Assembly (NCBI RefSeq): GCF_009914755.1
Contig: NC_060942.1
DNA length: 64,000 bases
Direction: 5' to 3' (one strand)
Source: the human T2T-CHM13v2.0 reference genome, Homo sapiens
Below are positions 1 to 11,420 of the stretch, piece after piece. The number at the start of each line of letters is the position of its first letter. Position 1 is the stretch's first letter. The notes beneath the pieces are model-generated. The model was not told where the DNA came from. It searched no databases and saw only the letters and a program-made list of their open reading frames with translations. A program made the position numbers and the translations under genes.

Positions 1-481
1 GAAATTAAAACATGTTAAGCATTTAGAACAAATAATTTTTAAAATGAGATCTGCTTATAATCCTACTAAGGTACCCTTACAATAATAATCTAGTTGACCA
101 ATAGATGGGACATGCATTGTGCTGGGTATCAGGAGATCAAAGTTTTCATCATGACCCAGCCGTGAACCAATTTTGAATACTGGGTGTGATAAAGCACTTT
201 CAGTTTTTTCATTAGTGATATGAGCATAGGTGGCACTTGCACAACTACTACTATATGACTTCTTTGAAAATAAATGTCTATGTAATATAAAAATATGTAT
301 TTACATATGTATGTATTTCGAATGCAATATATATTTATGTGCATGTATGTATACCTATGTAATTTGTATATTTGCACATGTTTTAAATTAAATGTTTTTT
401 ACAGTATCATTCCTCCCAAAATGTCAGATATTGCCATAATGTAACTCCACATGCAATTCTGGGGCTTCAAATATGATTTGA

Positions 482-781
<300 letters not shown>

Positions 782-1126
782 TAATTTGGATGTTTTAATT
801 AAATTTGTTTATGCTTCCTGAAAAGACCAAAGCACTGGACAGGAGTCATTCATCAAACACAGGGCTACTGCACATGGACAGGCCCCTACTTCCGTTTCCT
901 ATAAACTCATTCAATATTTGTGTTAATGTTGTGTATTTTTTATTAAGCTTGTAGAAACTCTATATGATTTTCCTGTTTTAGTTTTCTTCATCCTTTATTC
1001 CTTTCTCCTGAGCTTTGTCATGAGATTGGTTCTCCTTTAGCACCATTTCATGCTACTGTCTTTCCACTGGCAAATGACAATTGAGCTCCCTCTTCTCTAT
1101 TCTATGAAATAAAATTCTTTTGTGTT

Positions 1127-1555
1127 TGTAGCAGAGGAAATTCTAAAAGCTTCTTAATTCCCAATTCTTTTTTTCATGAAGCAACAGAAGTATGCTGTCT
1201 CCCAGTTTCCCTTAACATTAGGTGTTTGCATATAACTGAGCTCTGGGTAGTGGAATGTAAGTGAAGGTGCTGAATGCCTCTTCCAGGCCTAAATCCTAGG
1301 ACCCCCTTCCCATTACCTTCAAGCTTTCTCTCTTAACTTACCTACTACCAAATACAGAGAAGCAAGTGTAGACTTGATCAAGATGTTGTAGGCCTAGCAC
1401 ATGGTGAAACTGCTGGATGAAAGAAACCTGGGTTCCTGAATGTCTAAGTGGAGTAGTTATTACTCCAATGGCTGACCCACTGCTGACTGACCCAGGAGTG
1501 AAAATTAAACCTTTGCTTTTTCAGGCATGTAAATTAGAGAATTTGCCTAAACTAA
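1127..1555 (+). mobile_element. Old MaLR LTR (MLT1I/J/K-like)
   Basis: MLT1-like blocks 'cccagtttcccttaacattaggtg...actgagctctggg...tggaatgtaagtgaag' and 'ggatgaaagaaacctgggttcctgaatg'. Boundaries approximate. Confidence 0.55.
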
Positions 1556-2049
1556 TTAATAGAGTGTGTTTTCCTTGGCTCTTTCTTAACTATTCCCAAC
1601 ATACCTATCTATGAACTTTCTTGGACAATTCCACATAATGAATCTCCTTCTAAAGATAAGGGTGGTTTCTCCTTGGCTACTATAGCAACGACATGAATTA
1701 TCACATCAGTCTCTGCTGTTGTTTCTTCCAGATGGAATCATTCCCTCTCTCTGCATTCCACATGCCTTCCATCAATGTACCCCTCTTCTATGAAACCTCA
1801 TATTATTAAAACACATGTGAATCTATTATTCACTTAGCTTATGCATTTAGTATTTTCCCCACCAAATGTAAATTATCAGTTGTGTGCTAAGTTGTGAGCA
1901 AAATCAGTAAGACCAATGACTGATATCAGCAAGCTCACCATACCGTGGCTCAAATAAGGAAATGAATGCAAAGTTAAAATGGTTTTGATGTGGATGTCCG
2001 TGCACTGCTTTTCTAAAAGGACATAAGATGTGTCCTAATTTACTCACAG

Positions 2050-2506
2050 AGTGCTGTTGAGTGGCATGTCACTTTGGCTGAGAAGCTAAGTCTTGATGTA
2101 TAAGTAAATATTAGCCATATAATATGCAGGAGAAGTGAAAGGTATCCCAGGCCAAGAGAACAGCATACAAAGGCCCTGGGATGACGGGGCACAATCACTA
2201 AGATAATACAGTAGTGTGAGAAGACTGAAGTGTCAGGGTGTGCCTGGATAGCAAATTTGCCATTAAGCAATAAGTTCAGTTTTTCAGAAACCATGCCAGA
2301 ATCTGGAGATGTAAAAATAAATAAAACCAGATTTATGTTATGACCTTATTTATAGCCTAACTAGAGAGAGAAAAAAAATCACAGTAGAATGTGGAAATAT
2401 AATAACCATTTTACTTGTTTTATTTTGCTTTATTTACATTTAGTGCAGAGAGGACTTAGAGGAGGCAGGAGTAGAAAGAAGGCAGAGTTAGAAAAAGCAT
2501 CAAGGA
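2050..2506 (-). mobile_element. L2 LINE relics left of the L1PB
   Basis: Degenerate antisense L2 motifs such as 'cccaggccaagagaacagcatacaaaggccctgg'. L2-like sequence resumes at 9375. Confidence 0.45.
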
Positions 2507-3916
2507 GAGTGGAGGAAAAAATGGCAGATAGGAGGCAAGACTAAGTTGCAGCTCCCATTTAGACAGAGAGAGCGGTGTGTGGAGACTCATATCATAAACT
2601 TTTGCTCCAAGAACTACTTCAGGAATATACCAGGAAAGCCGAGGGAATCCATAGACCCTTTAAAGGAAGCGGATTGCTCATGCAGGACCTAGGAGACAGC
2701 CCAAATATTGTGATTGTCCAAACTGTGAAAGTGGGAAAGGGGAATCATCCACCCCCAAACACATACCCTTACTGGGGAACCTGAAAGTCTAGATCATGGG
2801 AGAAGGATATGACCTTACCTGGAGCTGAGACAGTTTAGAGACCCAAGTGAAATACAAGGGTAGAGGAAGCAACGGGAAAAGACCTGTAGGCTCTCTGGGT
2901 TCCCCAGGGAAGCCATTTCTGACTTGTTTCACAAGGGACCTTGGGAAGGGCTGCCAGGGGAACTGGGAAAAGATCACAGGAAGAAGGAAACCTCCAGCTA
3001 AACTTTGTAACAATTCCAACTGAACACGAAGTTTCCTGATCAGAACTTGGGGGAAGAGTGTGCAGACTCGACTGGCAGGGAGGCATGAAAACCCTGCTTG
3101 CTTTCTCAGCCGGGAAGCTGGTAGCCTGGAGCAAGTTCTCAGCCCAGCTTGCCCAATGCCTAGAAACAAACTCGGTGCTGCTTGGATTGGGGCAAGGTGG
3201 GAGTGAGACCAGCCTTTTGGGTTGCATGGGAACTGGGTGAGGCCTGTAACTGCTGGCTCTCCCCAACTTCCCTGACAACCTGCATGACACAGCAGAGGCA
3301 GCCATAATTCTTGTGGAAACATAACTCCATTGACCTAGGAACCACACTCCCATCCCCCACATCAGCTGCAGCAAGCCCCACCCAAGAAGAGTCTCAGGGT
3401 CTGAGCTCAGACATGCCTAATCCTGCCCCCACCAGATGGTCTTTTCTTATCCACCTGAGTAGCTGAAGACAAAGGTTATCTTCTCCTGGGAGTTCTAGGG
3501 CCCTGCCCACCACCTGATCCTCCCCTATACTACCACAGCTGATTATCTCTTGAAAACACCACCTCCTGACAGGAGGCCAACCAGCACAAAACTAGTTCAT
3601 AAACAATTACAACTAAGGACCCTCACAGAGTCCATTTTACTCTCCTACCACCTCCATTGGAACAGGTGCTTGTATCCATGGCTGAGAGACATGAAGATTG
3701 TTCATATCACAAGACTCTGTGCAGACACCCCCAAGTACAAGCCCAAAGCTTGGTTGCCCTGCTGGGTGGCTAGATCCAGAAGACAAATAACCACTGAAGT
3801 TCTGCTCTCAGGAAGCCACATTTCTAGGAAAAGTGTAAGAGTACTACATCAAGGGAACAAAATAATTTGAACAACAGTCTTGAGCCCAGATCTTTCCATT
3901 GACATTGCCTACCCAA

Positions 3917-5030
3917 ATAAGAAGGAACCAGAAAAACAATTCTGGTAATATGACAAAACAAGGTTCTTTAACACCCCCAAAATCACACAAGCTCACTGGC
4001 AATGGATCCAAACCAAGAAGAAATCCCTGAATTGCTAGAAAAAAAATTCAGATTGATTATTAAGCTAAAAATGAGGCACCAGAGAAAGGTATAGTCCAAC
4101 TTAAGGAAATAAAAAAAATAATAATGATACAACATATAAGGGGAGAATCTTCAGTGAAATAGATAGCATAAATAAAAAACAATCAAAGCTTCAGGAAATA
4201 AAGAACACACTTAGAGAAATGCAAAATGTACTGGAAAGTCAGATTTTTTGATGTATAAATTTGGAAACTCCAGTGTTAGGAGCACATATATTTAGGATTG
4301 TGATATTTTCCTGTAGGACAAGGTCTTTTATCATTATATAATGTTCCTCTTTGTTTTTTTGTAACTGCTGTTGCTTCAAAGTTTTTTTTTTTTTTTGTCT
4401 GAAATAGAAATGAACAAGCAGAAGAAAGAACTTCAGAGCTTGAAGACAGGGTTTTTGAAGTAACCCAACCCAACAAAGACAAAGGAAAAAGAATAAAAAC
4501 AATGAACAAAACCTCCAAGAGGTTTGGGATTATGTAAAATAACCAAACCTAGGAATAATTGGTGTTCCTGAGGAAGAAGAGAAATCTTAAAGTTTGGAAA
4601 ACGCATTTGGGGGAATAATTGAGGAAAATTTCTTCAGGCTTGCTAGAAGTCTAGACATCCAAATACAAGAAACTCAAAGAACACCTAAGAAATTAATCAT
4701 AAAAAGATCATCACCTAGACACACAGTTAGCAGGCTATCTAAAGTCAAGACGAAGGAAAGAATCTTAAGATATGTGAGGCAAAAGCACCAGGTAACCTAT
4801 CAGAGTAACAGCAGATTTCTCAGCAGAAACCCTACAAGCTAGAAGTGATTGAGGACCTATTTTCAGCATTCTTTAGCAAAACAATTAACAGGCAAGAATT
4901 TTGTATCCAGCAAAACTAAGCTTCATAAATGAGGAAAGATACAGTCTTCTTCGAACAAACAAGTGCTGAGACAATTTGTCATTCCCAAGCCAGTGCCACA
5001 ATAATTACTAAAACAAAGCTCTAAATCTTT
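3917..5030 (+). pseudogene. L1 ORF1p remnant (disrupted)
   Basis: ORF 4594-4842 reads IIEENFFRLARSLDIQIQETQRTP...SSPRH...KVKTKERILR (ORF1p-like). Likely start ATG is mutated to ATA at 3917; there are stops, frameshifts and an inverted insert at 4243-4402. Confidence 0.85.
4243..4402 (-). other. Inverted copy of an L1 ORF2 endonuclease segment inside ORF1
   Basis: Minus-strand translation HYIMIKDLVLQENITILNICAPNTGVSKFI matches the + strand MIKGLVPQENITILNIYAPNPGVPKFI at 5479. It is the reverse complement of ~5411-5560. Confidence 0.9.
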
Positions 5031-5172
5031 AAACAAATCCTGGAAACACATCAAAAGAGAACCTCTTTAAAGCATAAAATTCACAGGACCTATAAAACAA
5101 AAATATAATAAACAGGCCAACAAACAAACAAACAAACAAAAAACCCAGCAAGGTATTCAGACAACAAATAGC

Positions 5173-8100
5173 ATGATGAATGGAATAGTACCTCATATCT
5201 CAATACTAACTTTGAATGTAAAGGGCCTAAATGCTCCACTTGAAAGATACAGAATTGCATAATGGATAAGAATTCACCAACGAACTATCTGCTGCCTTCA
5301 AGAGATTCACCTAACACATAAGGACTCATATAAACTTAAGGTAAAGAAGTGGACAAAGATATTCAATGCAAATGGACACCAAAAGTGAGCAGGATTAGCT
5401 ATTCTTATACCAGACCAAAAAAAAAAAAAAAATTTTGAAGGAACAGTAGTTAAACAAGACAAAAAGGAACATTGTATAATGATAAAAGGCCTTGTCCCAC
5501 AGGAAAATATCACAATCCTAAATATTTATGCACCCAACCCTGGAGTTCCCAAATTTATAAAACAATTACTACTAGACCTAAGAAATGAGATAGACAGCAA
5601 CACAATAATAGTGGGGGACTCCAATACTCCACTGACAGCACTAAAAAGGTCATCAAGACAGAAAATCAACAAAAAAGCAAGGGATTTAAACTATACCCTA
5701 GAAGAAATGGACTTAACAGATATTTACAGAACATTCTACCCAACAACTTCAGAATATACATTCTATTCATCAGCGCATGGAACTTTCTCCAAGATAGACC
5801 ATATGCTAGGCCACAAAATAAGTCTCAATAAATTTAATAAAATTGAAATTATACCAAGTACTTTCTCAGACCACAGTGGAACAAAATTGGAAATCAATTC
5901 AAAAAGGAACTCTGAAAACCACGCAAACACATGGAAATTAAATAACCCGCCCCTGAGTGATCATTGGGTCAACAAGGAAATCAAGATGGACATTTGAAAT
6001 TTTTTTGAACTGAAGGAATATAGAGATGCAGCCTATCAAAACCTCTGGGATACAGCAAAGGCAGTGCTAAGAGGAAAGTTCATAGTCTTAAATGACTAAA
6101 TCAAAAAAATCTGAAGGAGCACAAATAGACAATCTAAGGTCACATGTCAAGGAACTAGAAAAACAAGAGCAAACCAAACCCAAACCCAGCAGAAGAAAGG
6201 AAATGACAAAGATCAGAACAGAACTAAGTGAAATCAAAACAAACAAACAAACAAACAAAAATACAAAAGATAAATGAAGCAAAAAGCTGGTTCTTGAAAA
6301 CATAAATAAAATTGATAAACCATTAGCACAGTTAACCAAGAAAAGAAGAGAGAAGATCCAAATAAGCTCAATTAGAAATGAAATGGGAGATATTACAACT
6401 AACATCAAAGAAACGCAAAAGATCATTCACGGCTACTATGAACAGCTTTACACACATAAACTCGGAAATCTAGAGGAGATGGATTCCTGGAAAAATTCAA
6501 CCCTCCTAGCTTAAATGAGGAAGAATTAGAAACCCTGGACAGACCAATAACAAGCAGCAAGATTGAAATGGTAATAAAAAAGATTACCAACAAAACAAAG
6601 CTCAGGACCAGATAGATTCACAGCTAAATTTTATCAGACATTCAAAGAAGAATTGGTACCAATCCTATTGATACTACTCCACAAAATAGAGAAAGAGGGA
6701 ATCCTCCTGAAATCATTCTATGAAGCCAGTATCACCCTAATAACAAAACCAGGAAATGAGATAACCAAAAAAGAAAACTACAGACCAATATCCCTGATGA
6801 ACATAGATGGAAAAACCCTTATCAAAATACTAGCTAACTGAACCCAACAGCATATCAAAAAGATAATCCACCATGATCAAGTGGGTTTTATACCAGAGAT
6901 GCAGGGATGGTTTAACATACACAAGTCAATAAATGTGATACACCACATAAACAGAATTAAAAACAAAATCACATGATCATCTCAACAGACACAGTAAAAC
7001 CATTTGAAAGAATCCAGCATCCTTTTATGATTAAAACCCTCAGCAAAATCAGCATACAATAGACATACCTCAATGTAATACAAGCCATCTATGACAAACC
7101 CACAGCCAACATAATATTGAATGAGGAAAAGTTGAAAGCCTTCCCTCTGAGAACTGGAAGAAGACAAAGATGCTCACTCTCAGTGCTTCTCTTTAACGCA
7201 GTACTGGAAGTCCTAGCCAGAGCAATTAGGCAAGAGAAAGAATTAAGGGCATTGAAATTGGTATAGAGGAAGTCAAACTGTTGCTGTTTGCTGATGATAT
7301 GATTGCATACCTAGAAAACCCTAAAGACTCCTTTAGAATGCTCCTAGAAGTGATAAATAAATTCAGCAAAGTTTCAGCATATAAAATTATTGTACACAAA
7401 TCAGCAGCTCTGCTATACACCAACAGCAACCAAGGTGAGACTCAAATCAAGAACTCAACCCCTTTTACAATAGCTACAAAAAAATTCTTAGGAATATACC
7501 TAACCAATGAGGTGAAAGACCACTACAAGGAAAACTACAAAACACTGCTGAAAGAAATCACAGATGATACAAGTGAATGGAAGTACATCCCATGCTCATG
7601 GATGGGTAGAATCAACATTGTGAAAATGACCATACTGTCAAAAGCATTCTACAAATTTAATGCAATTACCACCAATATACCACCATCATTCTTCACAGAA
7701 CTAGAAAAAAATCCTAAAATTCACATGGAACAAAAAAGAGCCTGCAAATCCAAAGCAAGATTAAGCAAAAAGAAAAAATCTGGAGGCATCACATTACCTG
7801 ACTTCAAACTATACTATAAGGCCATAGTCACCAAAACAGCATGGTACTGGCATAAAAATGGGCACATAGACCAATGAAACAGAACAGAGAACCCAGAAAT
7901 AACCCCAAATACTTACAGCCAACTGGTCTTCAACAAAGCAAACAAAAACATAAAGTGGGGAAAGGACACCTTATTCAACAAATGGTGCTGGGATAATTGG
8001 CTAGCCACATGTAGGAGAATTAGGCTGGATCCTCATTTCTCATTTATAGAAAAATCAACTCAAGATGGATCAAGGACTTAAATCTAAGACCTGAAACTAT

Positions 8101-8927
8101 AAAAATTCTAGAAGGTAACATTGCAAAAACCCTTCTAGATATTGGCTTAGACAAAGACTTCATGACTAAGAACCCAAAAGCAAATGCAACAAAAACAAAG
8201 ATAAATAGGTGAGACTTAATAAACTAAAAAGCTTCTGCACAGCAAAAGGAGCAGTCAGCAGAGTAAACAGACAACCCACAGAATGGGAGAAAAAATCTTC
8301 ACAATCTATACATCCAACAAAGGACTAATATCCAGAATCTACAAGGAACTCAAAAAAACTAGCAAGAAAAAAACAAACAACCCCATCAGAAAATGGGCTA
8401 AGGATATGAATAGACAATTTTCAAAAGATGATATACAAATGACCAACAAATATTTGAAAAAAATGCTCAACATCATTAATAATCAGGGAAATGCAAATCA
8501 AAACCCCAATGTGATGCCACGTTATTCTTGCAAGGATAGCCATAATCAAAAAATAATAAAAAAATTAGACGTTGGTATGGATTCAGTGAAAAGGGAACAC
8601 TTCTATGCTGCTGGTGGGAATGTAAAGTAGTACAAGCACTATGGAAAACAGTGTAAAGATTCCTTAAAGAACTAAAAGTAGAACTGCCATTTGATCCAGC
8701 AATTCCACTACTGGGTATCTACTCAGAGGAAAAGAAGTCAGTATACAAAAATATACTTGCACACACATGTTTATAGCAGCACAATTCACAATTGCAAAAA
8801 TATAGAACCAACCCAAATGCTCATCAATAAATGAGTGGAAAAAGAAACTGTGGTGTGTGCGTATGTGTGTTTATGTGTGTGTGTGTGTGTGTGTGTGTAT
8901 ATGCATTCATATATATACACACACATA

Positions 8928-9006
<79 letters not shown>

Positions 9007-9147
9007 CAATACTACTCATCCATAAAGAGGAATGAATTAATGGCATTCTCAACAACTTAGATGGAACTGGAGAGTATTATTCTAAGTGAAATAACTCAGG
9101 TATGGAAAACCAAACATTGTATGTTCTCACTCATAAGTGGGAGCTAA
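5173..9147 (+). pseudogene. L1 ORF2p remnant (endonuclease, reverse transcriptase, C-terminal domain), disrupted
   Basis: Starts MMNGIVPHISILTLNVKGLNAP then hits a stop. EN motifs (IIVGD, SKIDH, SDH) at 5479-5997, [10 protein letters not shown] at ~6780, RT LFADDMI at 7281. Broken into many short ORFs. Confidence 0.92.
8851..9003. repeat. Compound (TG)n/(TA)n/(CA)n/(TA)n microsatellite inside the L1PB
   Basis: Directly visible. Confidence 0.95.
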
Positions 9148-9374
9148 GCTATGAAGATGCAAAGGCTTAAGAATGATAGAATGAATTTTGAGGACTTGAG
9201 GGAAAGAGTGGGGGGGGGGGTGAGGGATAAAAGACTACAAATTAGGTTCAGTGTACACTGCTTGGGTGATGGGTGCGACAAAATCTCACAAATCACCACT
9301 GAGAAACGTACTCATGTAATCAAATACCACCAGTTCCCTCAAAACCTATGGAAATATATATATATATTTTAAAG

Positions 9375-9720
9375 GATGAAGGAACATGTGACCTTTGAGC
9401 TTATTCTTAAAGGAAGAGAGGGAATTCACAAGAGAGAGGAGAAGAGAAAACATTCTGGGCAAAGAGGGCATGATCGTACAGGTATGGGGATCACTAAAAG
9501 AAGAGCACACACGTATAGATTAGAAAATTTTCTAGGGCTGGGACTTGCTGTACAAATGTGGGCATGGAAGGTGACCCAGATAGGTAGATGGTGACCAAGA
9601 TCACAAAGATTAGTTAATATTACTCCAGGTGTATAAATAGATTCTTCGAAACTTACAAAATAATTAAAGAAGCAAAAGTGTAATGTGATTGGATTTGCAT
9701 TCCAGAAAGATATTTTTGAT
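9375..9720 (-). mobile_element. L2 LINE relic right of the L1PB
   Basis: 'gtgacctttgagcttattcttaaagga...cattctgggcaaagagggcatg' resembles antisense L2. Confidence 0.55.
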
Positions 9721-10049
9721 GTACCCAGTACCCAGTACCCAGAATGAAGAACAAAAAGGCAGTCTGATAAAAGGATATTTTATACATTATTATATTCTCA
9801 TTTGCATTATTTTTAGTATAATGTTTGAATGCTCTCTGTTCAATTTCATGTTAAACTCTCCAAAGACAGGAGATGCTGACACTTTGCTTTTTGTCTTATT
9901 TTGTATTGTTTTCCCTGCAACCACAGAGCACAAAGTCAGGCACATAGCTTTTCAGTAAAGTGATGCTGATTAAATGTTTGATTAAACTTAACTTTGTGTC
10001 TAGACCCCTGCTGAGTGGAGAAAGATTATATTGCTGCCCTGCAGGAGAG

Positions 10050-10195
10050 GAGCAGCCGTATTCTCCTTCCTTGAGTAAGTATCTTAACCTGTCCAGAAAG
10101 GGGAAATAACTACATTGGTACCAGGGAGGTGTTGGAAAGTTTAATTAGCCAGTGTTTGTAATCTTCTTTGAAGCTGAAAAGTGCTAATTATGTTT
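10050..10195 (+). mobile_element. Ancient MIR-family SINE (MIR3/MIR1_Amn-like)
   Basis: 'ccttgagtaagtatcttaacct' core plus the tail 'ttaattagccagtgtttgtaatcttctttgaagctgaaaagtgcta'. Confidence 0.45.
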
Positions 10196-11199
10196 TTCCC
10201 ACTTTACGATTCTGAGTCACATGGACCATATCTTAAATGTTTCTGAGTTAGGAAAGTTTTTACATTCAAAAAAGGAGCTGAGTAGCTTTTGCAGATACAT
10301 GCTTTAGCAAGAAAGCCTTAGGGTTGACCAAGTCACGCTGGAAGGTAGGAGACTGAGAGATACATAGATTGTTTTTTTAAGAAAACATGCTGACTCTACC
10401 AATATCACTAAATCAACAGGCACCACCAAAGGAGTGTTGCTTGATGAACAGATTTTATTTCTCTAGGGATCTTCTCCTGAGCACCTTTGCCATCATCTGG
10501 ATGGATTCAGTGTCATAGCTCCCATGCCGTTCAAGAATGAGCCCGCCTAGTCCTTCACATCTAAGCATGCATGGAAAATTTTACTGATGATTTATTAAAG
10601 AGAGCTAGATTTAGAAGTAACATGAAAGTCAACTGAGGGAAATCTAGTGAAAAGACATTGTGCCTACTCATGGCCAGTATTCACATGAGAGAATCATCTG
10701 GTTCTATCCCCAAAGAGTGTCCTCAAGCCTATTTCCACCCTTCAAATCCAAAGCCAGAGACCCTAAGTTGAGATACTACAGTACTCACCTTGTTTACAAA
10801 AGTCTTATTTTCAGAATTTTTGTTTCCATTTCGAGGCTTTGCTTATTTTTCTGATGACTTAACATGGGAAACATTCTATTTTCTTCAGAGGAAAATTTAT
10901 TCCCTTCTACAGGGTAGATTGCCTTACCATACTGCTTCAGTATGCCAAATGTTTTACAATATAACCCAATAGGATCAACATTCATGTAAAAGTCTTACAT
11001 AATGGGTGTCAGATTACAATGAATATAGTCTGTGGATCAAGCATTTCGGAAACTGCCTAGGGCAACCTTGTGGTTATTTGTGTTCAAAAACATATCATCT
11101 GAGAGTGGTCCTTAATGAAAATGGATGCCTACATATTGAAGACCATTCCCTAAGGGAGCCAATAACTATGAATGGAATTAATGGTACCAATCACCAAGT

Positions 11200-11420
11200 G
11201 TCATTTATGTTCTAAGCACTGTACAGTACTATATGTTTTGCATACAACACCTCATTTCATTATTTTAACAATCGTATGGATGAGATATTTTCTGCAAATT
11301 TAGAGATGTTAAAACTGAAAATTAGAGTGGGAAAGAAACTTGCATAAGACCACTCATTTCCCAAGTGAAACCTTTGCAGTTAAGCTATTTGAATCAAAAG
11401 TCTGGTAATTTCACCACCAA
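11200..11420 (-). mobile_element. MIR SINE
   Basis: 'ctcatttcattattttaacaatcgtatg...atttagagatgttaaaactgaaattagag...aaacttgcataagaccac'. Confidence 0.6.

Larger units (their letters stand above)
2511..9357 (+). mobile_element. Full-length decayed LINE-1, L1PB (L1PB1/L1PBa-like)
   Basis: 5'UTR starts 'aaaatggcagataggaggcaagact...gcagctccca'. ORF1 and ORF2 remnants are in order, and the 3' end is L1PB-type ('aaaagactacaaattaggttcagtgtacactgcttgggtgatggg...aaaacctatggaaat'). Possible degenerate TSD aaagcatcaagga (~2494) / aaaggatgaagga (9371). Confidence 0.92.

Noticed and set aside
2789-3374. Two overlapping antisense ORFs (177 and 179 aa) in the L1PB 5'UTR, possibly ORF0-like
   Set aside because: No recognisable protein similarity. 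The relatively GC-rich UTR has fewer stops by chance, and ORF0 is described for younger L1PA 5'UTRs.
5173-9147. EN/RT-encoding ORFs as an active or novel retroelement system
   Set aside because: Ordinary LINE-1 ORF2 broken by many stops and frameshifts. The same applies to 22663-25483.
9198-9226. G-rich tract with G-quadruplex potential
   Set aside because: A standard feature of L1 3'UTRs.
10783-10792. Consensus minus-strand splice donor CAAG|GTGAGT
   Set aside because: No strong partner acceptor found, and isolated donors are common. Worth revisiting only if a minus-strand transcript is confirmed.
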